Source: Paludibacteraceae bacterium (GTDB taxonomy: Bacteria > Bacteroidota > Bacteroidia > Bacteroidales > Paludibacteraceae). From it: 64,000 nucleotides of DNA. The notes under the pieces are model-generated. The model was not told where the DNA came from. It saw only the letters and a list, made by a program, of their open reading frames with translations, and did not search any database. Shown one piece after another: positions 8,980-18,836 of this stretch. Every line of letters starts with the position of its first letter. The first letter of the stretch is position 1. Location: assembly GCA_024400125.1 (NCBI GenBank), contig JAKSNG010000004.1, positions 20,510 to 84,509 on the forward strand, in the 5' to 3' direction. Position numbers and translations under genes: made by a program.

Positions 8980-11418
8980 ATGAATTATAACTTAGACAAG
9001 ATATTAAGAGAAGCTAACTCAGAGAACGATAACATTATCTCTATCCTACAAGGAAACGATGCGGAAAAGAATTGGGCGATAAAGGACGATGAAATACTCA
9101 ACGTGCTCCCACTCCGCAATCGTGTACTTTTTCCAGGAACATTATTGACAGTAACTGCCAGTCGTCCTAAATCACAACGACTCGCACGCAGAGCATACGA
9201 GCAAGAACAACTGCTCGCTGTCTGCTGTCAAAAAGAAAGAGATGTGCAAGAGCCAGAAGCACATGACTTATATTCATTAGGTACTGCAGCACGCGTCGTA
9301 CGCGTCATTGATCTACCCGACCAAAGTATTCTTATCATTCTCGAAGGCATCGAACGTATCGAAGTCAAGGATTTCATTATCAATAAACAAAATACTATCA
9401 AAGCCGTTGTTTCCGTTCGCGAAGAAAAATTCCCCAAACGCGGCGACCGTGAGTTCCTTGCTATGGTAAGTAATATCAAGGACTTGGGAATCAAAATCGT
9501 CCAACAATCGGAAAATATGTCTCCCGAAGCTGGACTCACCATCCGCAGTATCGATAACCCACCTACCCTGGTCAATTTCGTCTGCGCAAACTTCGGTTTT
9601 AGTATCGAAGATAAGCAACAACTGCTCGACTGCGACACCATTTCTGAGCGTGCACTCAAACTGCTTGAGATACTCAACAAAGAAGTGCAAATGCTTGAAA
9701 TGAAGGCAGATATACAGTCCAAGACGAAAGAAGAAATCGACAAAGAACAGCGCGAATACTACTTGCACCACCAACTCGAAGCTATTCACAAAGAATTAGG
9801 CGATTCGGGTGAACAAGTGGTCAAGGAATTTAAGGAGCGTGCGGCTACCAAGAAATGGTCTGAGGCAGTGCAGAAAGTGTTTGACAAAGAAATCAACAAA
9901 CTGCAATGCACTTCTACTCACTCACCTGAATATTCCACGATGCAGAACTACATCGACACCCTACTCGACTTGCCGTGGAATGAGTATTCAGACGATAACT
10001 ATGACATTCGAAATGCGCAACAGATACTCGACCGTGACCACTATGGCATGGAGAAAGTAAAAGAGCGTATCATCGAATATTTGGCAGTATTGGCACAGAA
10101 GGCGAAGGCTGAAAATCAAAAGTCTAAGGACGACTTCAAAGCCCCTATCCTATGTCTTTATGGCCCTCCGGGCGTCGGAAAAACAAGTCTTGGCAAGTCC
10201 GTCGCAGAAGCATTAGGACGCAAATATGCACGCATCAGTTTGGGCGGATTGCATGACGAAGCAGAGATACGCGGACACCGCAAAACGTACATCGGATCAA
10301 TGCCTGGACGTATCATTGAGAATCTGCGCAAAGTGCAGACCTCAAATCCCGTCTTCGTATTAGATGAGATAGACAAAATAGGTGCTGACTACAAAGGTGA
10401 CCCAACATCTGCACTACTCGAAGTGCTTGATCCTGAGCAGAATAGCACGTTCCACGACAACTACCTCGATGTCGATTATGACTTGAGTAAGGTACTCTTC
10501 ATCGCTACCGCTAATTCGCTCGATTCGATTCCTCGTCCCCTACTCGACCGCATGGAATTGATTGAAATGACGGGTTATCTCATGGAAGAGAAAGTGGAGA
10601 TTGCTAAACGACACCTCATCCCGAAGGAATTAGACCATCACGGACTCAAAGCATCCCAACTGCGCCTCAATAAAGATACACTCGACTATCTCATTGACCA
10701 CTATACACGTGAGTCTGGAGTTCGCTCGCTCGAACGACAAATAGCTAATATATGTCGCAAAGTAGTGACTAAATTGGCATTGGAAGAAGCATACAACACT
10801 TCCGTCACCAAGGACGATATAGTGGCTTACTTAGGCAAACCTCGCTTCACGCGCGACGCGTACGAAACAAATAAATATATAGGTGTGGTCACAGGCTTAG
10901 CTTGGACGCAAGTGGGCGGTGAAATACTTTTCATCGAGACATCTCTTTCTCCTGCCAAGACCCCTACCCTCACGATGACAGGAAACTTAGGAGACGTGAT
11001 GAAGGAAAGTGCCACTATCGCACTCGGTTACATCAAAGCGCACGCAGATCAGTTTGGTATCAAACGCAAAGACATTGACACGCAATCCGTTCACGTGCAC
11101 GTGCCTGAAGGCGCTATCCCTAAAGACGGACCGTCTGCCGGAATCACCATGACTACTGCCCTCGTCTCTGCCTTCACCAAACGCAAAGTGCGTGCGCGCA
11201 TTGCTATGACAGGCGAAATGACCCTGCGCGGCAAAGTGCTACCGATTGGCGGCGTCAAAGAGAAAATCTTAGCAGCTAAACGTGCCGGAATAACCGACCT
11301 CATCCTCTGCCAAGACAACCAAAAAGATGTGGACGAGATACAACAAATATATCTCAAAGGATTACACTTCCACTATGTCAAAGACATACAAGAAGTGATA
11401 GACTATGCATTATTATAA
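8980..11418 (+). CDS. lon: ATP-dependent Lon protease
   Basis: Walker [10 protein letters not shown], catalytic serine motif PKDGPSAG, and the LON N-domain motif [11 protein letters not shown]. Length is 812 aa. Confidence 0.95.
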   Translation: MNYNLDKILREANSENDNIISILQGNDAEKNWAIKDDEILNVLPLRNRVLFPGTLLTVTASRPKSQRLARRAYEQEQLLAVCCQKERDVQEPEAHDLYSLGTAARVVRVIDLPDQSILIILEGIERIEVKDFIINKQNTIKAVVSVREEKFPKRGDREFLAMVSNIKDLGIKIVQQSENMSPEAGLTIRSIDNPPTLVNFVCANFGFSIEDKQQLLDCDTISERALKLLEILNKEVQMLEMKADIQSKTKEEIDKEQREYYLHHQLEAIHKELGDSGEQVVKEFKERAATKKWSEAVQKVFDKEINKLQCTSTHSPEYSTMQNYIDTLLDLPWNEYSDDNYDIRNAQQILDRDHYGMEKVKERIIEYLAVLAQKAKAENQKSKDDFKAPILCLYGPPGVGKTSLGKSVAEALGRKYARISLGGLHDEAEIRGHRKTYIGSMPGRIIENLRKVQTSNPVFVLDEIDKIGADYKGDPTSALLEVLDPEQNSTFHDNYLDVDYDLSKVLFIATANSLDSIPRPLLDRMELIEMTGYLMEEKVEIAKRHLIPKELDHHGLKASQLRLNKDTLDYLIDHYTRESGVRSLERQIANICRKVVTKLALEEAYNTSVTKDDIVAYLGKPRFTRDAYETNKYIGVVTGLAWTQVGGEILFIETSLSPAKTPTLTMTGNLGDVMKESATIALGYIKAHADQFGIKRKDIDTQSVHVHVPEGAIPKDGPSAGITMTTALVSAFTKRKVRARIAMTGEMTLRGKVLPIGGVKEKILAAKRAGITDLILCQDNQKDVDEIQQIYLKGLHFHYVKDIQEVIDYALL

Positions 11419-11503
11419 TTAACCATATTGTTTAACTAGGCCTTTGAGCAAGGAGAACAGGAATTAGTATCCCCGAGTCCAAGACCACAAATTTTTTACT
11501 GTA

Positions 11504-11917
11504 ATGAAACCAAGTCATATTGAACATCTTGGAATTGCTGTAACAAGTATTGAAGAGGCATTGCCTTTCTTCGAGTTTTTAACTGGTAACAAATGCTACG
11601 CTATTGAAGAAGTAGCAGACCAAAAAGTACGTACCGCTTTCTTCAAAGTGGGACAAACCAAGATTGAATTGCTGGAGCCAACATGCCCAGAATCAACGAT
11701 TGCTAAATTTATTGAGAAAAACGGTGGCCGCGGTGGTGTTCATCACGTTGCATTCAACGTAGAGAACGTAGCAGACGCACTCGCAGAAGCACAAGCTGCA
11801 GGTATTCAACTCATCGACCAAGCTCCTCGCAAAGGCGCAGAGAACTTGATGATTGCTTTCTTACACCCAAAATCAACCAAGGGTATTTTAACTGAGCTCT
11901 GCCAACAACCGAAGTAA
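11504..11917 (+). CDS. methylmalonyl-CoA epimerase (VOC superfamily)
   Basis: A 137-aa glyoxalase-fold protein (HLGIAV..., HHVAF), lying directly upstream of the decarboxylase genes. Confidence 0.85.
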   Translation: MKPSHIEHLGIAVTSIEEALPFFEFLTGNKCYAIEEVADQKVRTAFFKVGQTKIELLEPTCPESTIAKFIEKNGGRGGVHHVAFNVENVADALAEAQAAGIQLIDQAPRKGAENLMIAFLHPKSTKGILTELCQQPK

Positions 11918-11966
11918 GTCGAAAGTAGAAAGTCAAAAGTCAAAAGACGAAAGTAAAAAGTAATAA
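11918..11966. repeat. 7 x 7-bp tandem array, reverse orientation of the GACTTTY family (RAAAGTM)
   Basis: The units read GTCGAAAGTA GAAAGTC AAAAGTC AAAAGAC GAAAGTA AAAAGTA. They fill the whole spacer between the epimerase stop and the next ATG. Confidence 0.85.
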
Positions 11967-11969
11967 GTT

Positions 11970-13526
11970 ATGGATAACGCAAAATTACAAAAACTCGTTG
12001 ACAGCCGTACTAAAGCGATGGCTGGCGGCGGAGAAGCTGCTGTTGAGAAACATCACGCAAAAGGTTGCTACACCTGCCGTGAGCGTATCAACATGCTACT
12101 CGACGAAGGTTCGTTTGAAGAAGTAAATATGTTCCTTACCCATCGTTGCCACGACTTCGGCATGGAGAACAAAGTGTTCTTAGGAGATGGTGTTGCTGTT
12201 GGTTCAGGTACCATTGATGGTCGTCTCGTATATGTCTTTGCACAAGATGCTACCGTTATTGGCGGTTCATTGTCTGAGACTATGGCACTCAAGATCTGCA
12301 ATGTCATGGACATGGCAATGAAGATGGGTGCACCTATCATCGGTTTGAACGATTCAGGTGGTGCACGTATTCAAGAAGGTGCTTGCGCACTCGCAGGTTA
12401 TGCAGAGATTTTTGAGCGCAACATCCTTGCTTCGGGTGTAGTTCCACAGATTTCTGTTATTTTTGGTCCTTGTGCAGGCGGTGCCGTATATAGCCCTGCT
12501 CTCACGGACTTCATCATGATGACTGAGCAAAACTCTTACATGTTCATCACTGGTCCAAAAGTAGTAAAGTCCGTTACTGGTGAAGATGTAACCGTAGAAC
12601 AACTCGGTGGTGCCAACGTACACGCAACTAAATCTGGTGTTACCCACTTTGTAGCTCCTACAGAGGAAGAAGCAGTAGCAATGGTACGCAAACTCGTCTC
12701 TTTCATTCCACAAAACAACATGGAAGAAGCTCCTCTCATGGAGTGCAACGACGACCCAATGCGTTGCGAGGATGCGCTGAACAATATTGTTCCTGCTGAT
12801 CCTAACAAACCATACAACATGAAAGATATCATCAACCTCTTGGTCGATGATGGTGACTTCTTCGAGGTTCAAAAGGACTATGCAAAGAATATCATCTGCG
12901 GTTTTGCACGTTTCAATGGCCGTTCAACAGGTATCATTGCCAACCAACCTTCATGGTTAGCAGGTGTGTTAGACTGTGACGCCAGCCGTAAAGCGGCTCG
13001 TTTCGTACGTTTCTGCGACGCATTCAATATTCAGATTCTGACTCTCGTTGACGTTCCTGGTTTCTTGTGCGGTACTGGACAAGAATACGCAGGTATCATC
13101 GACCACGGAGCAAAATTGATGTTCGCATACGGCGAAGCCACTGTTCCAAAGGTAACTATCACCGTTCGTAAGTCTTACGGTGGTTCACACATTGTAATGA
13201 GCTGCAAGCAATTACGCGGAGACGCATGCTATGCTTGGCCTAATGCAGAGATTGCTGTGATGGGTGCAAGTGGTGCAGTTGGTGTACTACAAGCTAAAGC
13301 GCTCAAGGCTATCGAAGACCCCGAAGAGAAGAAGAAATTTATTGCTGAGAAGGAAGCAGAGTACAAAGACCTCTTTGCAAGTCCTTATCAGGCTGCTAAT
13401 CGTGGTTATATCGACGACGTGATTGAGCCTTGCCACACTCGTGCACGCATCATCAACGCCTTCGAGAAACTGCAAACTAAACGTTTGGCTAATCCCGCCA
13501 AGAAACATAGTAATATTCCTTTGTAA
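11970..13526 (+). CDS. mmdA: methylmalonyl-CoA decarboxylase alpha subunit (carboxyltransferase)
   Basis: A 518-aa carboxyl transferase domain protein with NDSGGARIQEG, in an operon with the biotin carrier and the Na+-pump beta subunit. Confidence 0.9.
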   Translation: MDNAKLQKLVDSRTKAMAGGGEAAVEKHHAKGCYTCRERINMLLDEGSFEEVNMFLTHRCHDFGMENKVFLGDGVAVGSGTIDGRLVYVFAQDATVIGGSLSETMALKICNVMDMAMKMGAPIIGLNDSGGARIQEGACALAGYAEIFERNILASGVVPQISVIFGPCAGGAVYSPALTDFIMMTEQNSYMFITGPKVVKSVTGEDVTVEQLGGANVHATKSGVTHFVAPTEEEAVAMVRKLVSFIPQNNMEEAPLMECNDDPMRCEDALNNIVPADPNKPYNMKDIINLLVDDGDFFEVQKDYAKNIICGFARFNGRSTGIIANQPSWLAGVLDCDASRKAARFVRFCDAFNIQILTLVDVPGFLCGTGQEYAGIIDHGAKLMFAYGEATVPKVTITVRKSYGGSHIVMSCKQLRGDACYAWPNAEIAVMGASGAVGVLQAKALKAIEDPEEKKKFIAEKEAEYKDLFASPYQAANRGYIDDVIEPCHTRARIINAFEKLQTKRLANPAKKHSNIPL

Positions 13527-13528
13527 TT

Positions 13529-13852
13529 ATGATTTTCTTAGCAGTCACATCACAAACATGGTTTATCACAGTATTAGGCTTCGGCTTGGTATTGGTGTTA
13601 CTCTGTGTCTTTGTGTACATCATGAAACTGCTTGGTTACATTATGCAGCCTCGTCAAAAAGCTGTTCCTGCGACCAAAGCAGATGATCAGACCAAAGCAG
13701 CCATTGCCACTACTATCGCAATGGCACAAGAGGACGATGATATGATGATTGCTGTCGCGTATGCGTTACATCTGTACTACAATGCACACGATGTAGAACC
13801 ACCTCATATCACAGTCTCTCCTCATCACTCTATGTGGAACAACAATTTGTAA
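13529..13852 (+). CDS. mmdD: OadG-like small membrane subunit of the decarboxylase (delta)
   Basis: 107 aa with a single N-terminal TM helix (WFITVLGFGLVLVLLCVFVYIM). It sits between the alpha and biotin-carrier genes. Confidence 0.6.
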   Translation: MIFLAVTSQTWFITVLGFGLVLVLLCVFVYIMKLLGYIMQPRQKAVPATKADDQTKAAIATTIAMAQEDDDMMIAVAYALHLYYNAHDVEPPHITVSPHHSMWNNNL

Positions 13853-13863
13853 AACTTAAAATT

Positions 13864-14289
13864 ATGGCAAAAGAATTTAAATTCAAAATCAATGGCACGG
13901 AATACACAACAGCCGTGCAAGAAATAGAAGGTGGTATCACCGAAGTTACCGTCAATGGCAAAAAATATCAAGTAGAGATGGAGAAAAAAGCAGCCGTTAA
14001 GGTTGCAGCTCCTGCCGCTAAACCTGCTGCAGCTCCAGCACCTGCTGCTAAACCTGCAGCTGCTCCTGCTGCTGGTGGTGCTCAAGTAAAAAGCCCACTG
14101 CCTGGTTCGATTATCAAGGTCTTAGTGTCTGAAGGACAAGCTGTTAAGAAAGGTGATATCCTCCTGCAATTAGAGTCCATGAAGATGGCTAACGATATCG
14201 CAGCAGAATGCGATGGTACCGTTAAACAAATCGCCGTTACCGCCGGACAAAACGTAATGCAAGACGACTTGCTCGTCGTAATTGGTTAA
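13864..14289 (+). CDS. mmdC: biotin carboxyl carrier subunit (gamma)
   Basis: The ATG at 13864 (MAKEFKF...) avoids overlap with the delta subunit gene. It has an Ala/Pro-rich linker and the biotinyl-lysine motif ESMKM. Confidence 0.85.
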   Translation: MAKEFKFKINGTEYTTAVQEIEGGITEVTVNGKKYQVEMEKKAAVKVAAPAAKPAAAPAPAAKPAAAPAAGGAQVKSPLPGSIIKVLVSEGQAVKKGDILLQLESMKMANDIAAECDGTVKQIAVTAGQNVMQDDLLVVIG

Positions 14290-14295
14290 TCGGTC

Positions 14296-15474
14296 ATGCA
14301 AGATTTTTTAAGTTTCTTCACCTCGATGGGTTTTATGAACATCGATTGGCGTCAGGCTGTGATGCTGATTGTATCGTTCTTCTTACTCTTCTTGGCGATT
14401 AAAAAGCAGTATGAACCCCTACTCCTCTTGCCGATTGCCTTTGGTATGTTGCTGACCAACTTGCCAATGGCAGGGATGTTCCACGAGGAGTTGTGGGCAG
14501 CGTTTCTTGACCCTGCTTCCGAAGCCTATCATAGTTACGGAGCAATCCTCAAGAATGCTGGTCTACTTGATGTCTTGTATATAGGTGTCAAAGCAGGTGT
14601 TTATCCTTGTTTGATCTTCATTGGTGTCGGAGCGATGACTGATTTTGGTCCACTGATTGCTAATCCTAAATCGTTTGTATTAGGTGCAGCCGCTCAGTTG
14701 GGTATTTTTATTACGTTCCTCTGCGCCAATGCGTTAGGATTTACGCCAGCAGAAGCCGGTTCAATTGGAATCATTGGTGGTGCTGATGGACCTACATCTA
14801 TTTTCCTGACTTCTAAGTTAGCTCCTCATTTGTTAGGCCCGATTGCTATTGCGGCATACTCGTATATGGCACTTGTTCCAGTTATTCAACCGCCTATTAT
14901 GCGTGCATTGACTACAGAAAAAGAGCGTCGTATCAAGATGAAGCAATTGCGTACTGTGTCTAAAACAGAGAAGATTGTCTTCCCCATCATCATCACGACT
15001 ATTGTAGCTCTTATCCTTCCGGATGCAGCTCCATTGATTGGTTGCTTGATGTTAGGTAACTTGATGAAAGAGTGTGGCGTGGTGGATCGTCTATCTAAGA
15101 CCGCTCAAAATGAATTGATGAACATCGTCGTTATTTTCCTTGGTCTGAGTGTGGGCGCAACCGCTACTGGTGCTACTTTCCTCAATATCAAGACATTGAT
15201 GATTTTAGCGATGGGTATCATTGCTTTCTCTTTAGGAACAGCAGGTGGTGTTTTATTGGCTAAATTTATGAACCTCTTCTCGAAAGAGAAGATTAACCCA
15301 TTGATTGGTTCTGCAGGTGTATCTGCTGTGCCAATGGCTGCTCGTGTTAGTCAGATGGAAGGAGCAAAAGCCGACCCATCCAACTTCCTACTCATGCACG
15401 CTATGGGTCCCAACGTAGCAGGTGTTATCGGCTCAGCTGTTGCTGCCGGTATCTTGCTGACGATGTTAGGATAA
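14296..15474 (+). CDS. mmdB: Na+-transporting decarboxylase beta subunit
   Basis: A 392-aa polytopic membrane protein of the OadB/MmdB type, last gene of the operon. Confidence 0.88.
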   Translation: MQDFLSFFTSMGFMNIDWRQAVMLIVSFFLLFLAIKKQYEPLLLLPIAFGMLLTNLPMAGMFHEELWAAFLDPASEAYHSYGAILKNAGLLDVLYIGVKAGVYPCLIFIGVGAMTDFGPLIANPKSFVLGAAAQLGIFITFLCANALGFTPAEAGSIGIIGGADGPTSIFLTSKLAPHLLGPIAIAAYSYMALVPVIQPPIMRALTTEKERRIKMKQLRTVSKTEKIVFPIIITTIVALILPDAAPLIGCLMLGNLMKECGVVDRLSKTAQNELMNIVVIFLGLSVGATATGATFLNIKTLMILAMGIIAFSLGTAGGVLLAKFMNLFSKEKINPLIGSAGVSAVPMAARVSQMEGAKADPSNFLLMHAMGPNVAGVIGSAVAAGILLTMLG

Positions 15475-15501
15475 TAGAAACCACTTAACTTTTGTACCAT
15501 T

Positions 15502-16734
15502 TTGAACTTCAAAATAGTCACATTAGGATGTAAACTGAACTTTGCCGAGAGCTCTGCCCTCGGCAAAGTTTTGCAGTCACGCGGTCACGAGCGCGTTAAA
15601 ACTGGTGAAGTGGCAGATGTGGTTATTGTCAATACCTGCACGGTCACGGACACTGCCGACCACAAAGATAGACAAGCCATACATCGTCTCAAGCGCGAGA
15701 ATCCTGGTGCAAAAATCTTTGTCACTGGCTGTTATGCTGCCCTACTCCGCGGCAGACAATCGACCAACGAATTATCTGAAGCCGACCAACGTATTTTAGA
15801 GGAAATAGACCATCTTATGCCGAAGGACTTGGAGCGTTTTACTCCCGCCTACTCGCGAGATGATCGTACGCGCTGTTTCCTTAAAGTGCAGGATGGCTGC
15901 AACTACTTCTGCACCTATTGCACGATACCATACGCGCGTGGACGCTCGCGCAATCCTTATATTAAAGACATTGTTGCACAAGCCGAACAGGCATTGGCAG
16001 AAGGTGCCAAAGAAATCATCCTCACAGGGGTTAATATAGGCGATTTTGGTCGTTCAACGGGCGAAAGTTTCTTAGACCTTTTGAAAGCCTTAGACCAACT
16101 CAAGTCGGCTTCATCTACATCCGTATCGGAAGAGTTGGTGCCGTCTTATCGCGTGCGCATATCTTCTTGTGAGCCTAACCTTTTATCGGACGAGATTATC
16201 GACTTTGTAGCGCATTCCCGTCATTTTGCTCCGCACTTTCATATTCCATTGCAATCTGGTAGTAACGAAGTGCTACGAATAATGCACCGTCATTACACAC
16301 GAGAACTGTTCGCAGAACGAGTACAACGTATCAAAACCCTTATGCCACAGGCGTTTATAGGTGTTGATTGTATGGTAGGAGTTCGTGGAGAGACAGATGC
16401 TTGTTTTGAGGATTATTTGTCATTTATTGAGTCACTTCCGGTCAGTCAATTGCATGTCTTCACCTATTCTGAGCGCGCGCATACTCGTATGTTAGAGATG
16501 GACTTATATGTAGTGCCAATGTCAGAGCGAGAGCGTCGCAGTCAAGTGCTGCATGCTATTAGTGAACAGAAGTTGGCGACGTTCTATTCAGCGCACAGAG
16601 GAGAACAAGCAACCGTACTTTGGGAGAGCAAGAAAAGTGGCGACCTAATGTCCGGTTTTACAGAGAACTACATCAAGCTCTCCACTCCATTTGATAAGTC
16701 CAAAGTCAACACCTTCGAGCAAGTGGTTATTTAG
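15502..16734 (+). CDS. mtaB: tRNA t6A37 methylthiotransferase
   Basis: MTTase N-domain TLGCKLNFAES and radical SAM motif CNYFCTYCTIP. The annotated start is TTG, so the exact start is uncertain. Confidence 0.85.
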   Translation: MNFKIVTLGCKLNFAESSALGKVLQSRGHERVKTGEVADVVIVNTCTVTDTADHKDRQAIHRLKRENPGAKIFVTGCYAALLRGRQSTNELSEADQRILEEIDHLMPKDLERFTPAYSRDDRTRCFLKVQDGCNYFCTYCTIPYARGRSRNPYIKDIVAQAEQALAEGAKEIILTGVNIGDFGRSTGESFLDLLKALDQLKSASSTSVSEELVPSYRVRISSCEPNLLSDEIIDFVAHSRHFAPHFHIPLQSGSNEVLRIMHRHYTRELFAERVQRIKTLMPQAFIGVDCMVGVRGETDACFEDYLSFIESLPVSQLHVFTYSERAHTRMLEMDLYVVPMSERERRSQVLHAISEQKLATFYSAHRGEQATVLWESKKSGDLMSGFTENYIKLSTPFDKSKVNTFEQVVI

Positions 16735-16833
16735 TCCTTAATGCCGTCGGTTGTTCAACGCAAACGACAAGTCCCCATATTATAGTCCAAAAGTGCTATT
16801 ATTTGATAAAAATCAAATTTTTTGCCTAATTTA

Positions 16834-16865
16834 TTTGCATATCCCAAAAATTTGTATTACCTTTG
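16834..16865 (+). promoter_or_regulatory. strong Bacteroidota-type promoter with no ORF behind it
   Basis: TTTG 16834-16837, a 20-nt spacer, then TACCTTTG 16858-16865. About 40 of 50 positions are identical to the fabD promoter module in my ungapped manual alignment. Confidence 0.7.
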
Positions 16866-16869
16866 CAGC

Positions 16870-17167
16870 GGATTTCGAGAGAGAGGATACTCTCACTCGA
16901 AGTCAGACGTATTGAAAAAGGCGTTAAACGCGCTTTGTTCTTGGCGGTTCAGAATGTGGTAGTTCGAAATCTTAGTCAAGGCGAAGCAACGTAAAATGTC
17001 TGTATTGTGTGTATTTATGCACGCCTTTTGCGCGTATATATGTGCGTGATATATTTTAAGGTGTTGTGATACATACTGTGCAGGTCAGAGTTGCTCGTTT
17101 TACTAAGAGGGGCACTCTACCACAGCCCAGAACCGCAGGACGAGTAAATTTCGGACCTGCGCTTTTT
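16870..17167 (+). ncRNA. candidate ~300-nt noncoding RNA or long cis-regulatory leader (family unknown)
   Basis: The unit runs from promoter to terminator. The longest ATG ORF I found in it is 17 codons (16996-17049). It has a 5' hairpin at 16874-16901, a 9-bp long-range complement (16916-16924 with 17021-17029), and a terminal hairpin plus T-run. Confidence 0.35.
17134..17167 (+). terminator. intrinsic terminator-like hairpin closing the ORF-less unit
   Basis: CGCAGG (17134-17139) pairs with CCTGCG (17156-17161). An inner CGA/TCG pairing extends the stem, and CTTTTTG follows. Confidence 0.5.
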
Positions 17168-17226
17168 GCATGTGTATAAACCAAGACCCGTGAAGGTGTA
17201 AGAGCGGGAAATAAAAATATTATTGT

Positions 17227-17796
17227 ATGGATAAATTATTCAAATTTTCTAAAGTTGCTGCAATAATTATGCTTGCCACAGCATTGATTATTGCTATTAA
17301 TTCGTCACTTCATACGATTTTGGGTGATGAACTTACACTTCCACGTGGATTACATTACATAGATACAATCCCATGGCTCATACTTAGTCTATTTGGTATA
17401 TTGTTAACGCAAAATACCACCAAAGGGTCTCCAATAAGATTAGGATCCATAATAATTGCCATCGTATGTGCTATCGAATTTTGTATACATTTATTTTTAC
17501 TATTAGTTCAAAATTGGGGAACATATTATACCATATTCTCTATCTTCGATATATCTATGTGGATTGATGTGATAGGTATCGCCTTTGCATTTATTTGGAT
17601 TAGCCGATTTTTTCAACAACCATTATTAAAAACCACAAGCATAATTATTGCCCTATTTCCATTAATACAAAAGATTATTATTTCAATCTATTATGGATAT
17701 TATTTGACTTTATATCCTACAATTTTAACTTTAATATTTAACCTTAGTATCGTTTGTTTCTTTTTTGCATTTAGTAAACTTAATCAATCTAAATAA
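17227..17796 (+). CDS. hypothetical polytopic membrane protein (about 6 TM)
   Basis: A 189-aa ORF with an ATG start, very hydrophobic, in an AT-rich segment. No family recognised. Confidence 0.6.
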   Translation: MDKLFKFSKVAAIIMLATALIIAINSSLHTILGDELTLPRGLHYIDTIPWLILSLFGILLTQNTTKGSPIRLGSIIIAIVCAIEFCIHLFLLLVQNWGTYYTIFSIFDISMWIDVIGIAFAFIWISRFFQQPLLKTTSIIIALFPLIQKIIISIYYGYYLTLYPTILTLIFNLSIVCFFFAFSKLNQSK

Positions 17797-17804
17797 TTAC
17801 AATT

Positions 17805-18125
17805 ATGGCAGAAAATGATTTTATGGCTGCTATGCAGCAGGGTAAAAAATCCCCAGACCTCAAAGCTCCTATTATGGAGGGGGCAAAATTCTTGATTGCG
17901 GAACGAGTTGTAAATGCAATCGCTATGGTTTATCTAATCTTTGGTATTTTGGTACTTATTCTCTCTATTATTATCGCTATTGAAGCAGATAATGAATTTG
18001 CCCAAAATATCAGTTTAGCGATAGGTATCGTCTTGTTTTTCAGCAACTTGATTACTTGGAGTTTAATTCGGATATTGGTTAATGTTTCGTATCGTCTAAC
18101 AAGTATAGATCAAAAATTGAAATAA
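17805..18125 (+). CDS. hypothetical small membrane protein (2 TM)
   Basis: A 106-aa ORF starting 8 nt after the previous gene, with two hydrophobic helices. No family recognised. Confidence 0.55.
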   Translation: MAENDFMAAMQQGKKSPDLKAPIMEGAKFLIAERVVNAIAMVYLIFGILVLILSIIIAIEADNEFAQNISLAIGIVLFFSNLITWSLIRILVNVSYRLTSIDQKLK

Positions 18126-18146
18126 TAAGAATCCTATTTAATAACA

Positions 18147-18182
18147 CGCAAGAGGAGACCGAAATCTCCTCTTGTGCGTTTG
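18147..18182 (+). terminator. intrinsic terminator after the membrane-protein pair
   Basis: CAAGAGGAGA (18149-18158), loop CCGAAA, TCTCCTCTTG (18165-18174), followed by GCGTTTG. Confidence 0.6.
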
Positions 18183-18183
18183 T

Positions 18184-18223
18184 TAGTGGAATAGTGGACT
18201 AGTTTACTAGGGAACTAGAATAA
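18184..18223. repeat. 5 x 8-bp periodic TAG-anchored array
   Basis: TAG occurs at 18184, 18192, 18200, 18208 and 18216. The units are TAGTGGAA TAGTGGAC TAGTTTAC TAGGGAAC TAGAATAA. Confidence 0.85.
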
Positions 18224-18239
18224 TCAGACAAAAACCGAA

Positions 18240-18803
18240 TTAATAGCCACGGACACGGCGACGGGCGGCAGACATTTGTTCCTTGATACCGCCTTCGGTA
18301 AGAAAGGCAGCTTCGAGTTTCTTGAGATAAGAGAATATACCCCTATCTGCTTGATGGATAAGTGTTAACGCCGTATTACAAAACTCCTCTAAACTCCAAC
18401 GTTCAAAATATGGAGCATACTGCTCTACCCCATTATTGGCAAAACAGAAATCCTTCAGCGCTTTGCTGCGAGGGTGAGCCGCAGTCCAAATAGGCAGACC
18501 ATGCACACGCAATTGGTCTTCGTAATCTTCTTGCAGTTCTTTGAGTGAGCCACGTGCAACATTGAGCAGTTTGAGTGCCATCTCGGTAGAAGTCATGCCA
18601 TCTTCGAAACCTTCCACAATATTCTGTTTGCCCGAACGAGCCGCTTGAACCATTTGGTCAATGGTGCGGTCGCCACGCTCCAGATAGCGATTTACAAAAA
18701 AGAAAGTCATATCGTAAAGAATGACCGTCTTTTTGTAAAAAAGGAGCGTTTTGTAATCCGTGATAGGTTTGAGGAAACCGTCAGGATTGAGAGGAGTGGA
18801 CAT
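18240..18803 (-). CDS. four-helix-bundle protein (23S rRNA IVS protein / Avd-like family, with C-terminal suffix domain)
   Basis: 187 aa. The helical core (...RSGKQNIVEGFEDG...ARGSLKELQEDYED...) matches my recollection of the four helix bundle family common in Bacteroidota. Confidence 0.7.
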   Translation of the reverse strand: MSTPLNPDGFLKPITDYKTLLFYKKTVILYDMTFFFVNRYLERGDRTIDQMVQAARSGKQNIVEGFEDGMTSTEMALKLLNVARGSLKELQEDYEDQLRVHGLPIWTAAHPRSKALKDFCFANNGVEQYAPYFERWSLEEFCNTALTLIHQADRGIFSYLKKLEAAFLTEGGIKEQMSAARRRVRGY

Positions 18804-18836
18804 AGTAGAGAGAGAAAAATAAAAGGTTAAACAAAA

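Noticed and set aside
17190-17208. GTGAAGGTGTAAGAGCGGG resembles the GGTGAAA...GGTAAGAGC segment of bacterial RNase P RNA, and ACAGCCCAGAACC (17122-17134) resembles the P4 3' strand.
   Set aside because: The universal GAGGAAAGTCC P4 5' strand is absent. The two look-alike motifs are in the wrong order, and the first lies downstream of the terminator. This is most likely coincidence.
18240-18803. The four-helix-bundle protein as the Avd component of a diversity-generating retroelement.
   Set aside because: No reverse transcriptase and no template/variable repeat pair is present anywhere in the window. Stand-alone members of this family are common in Bacteroidota.
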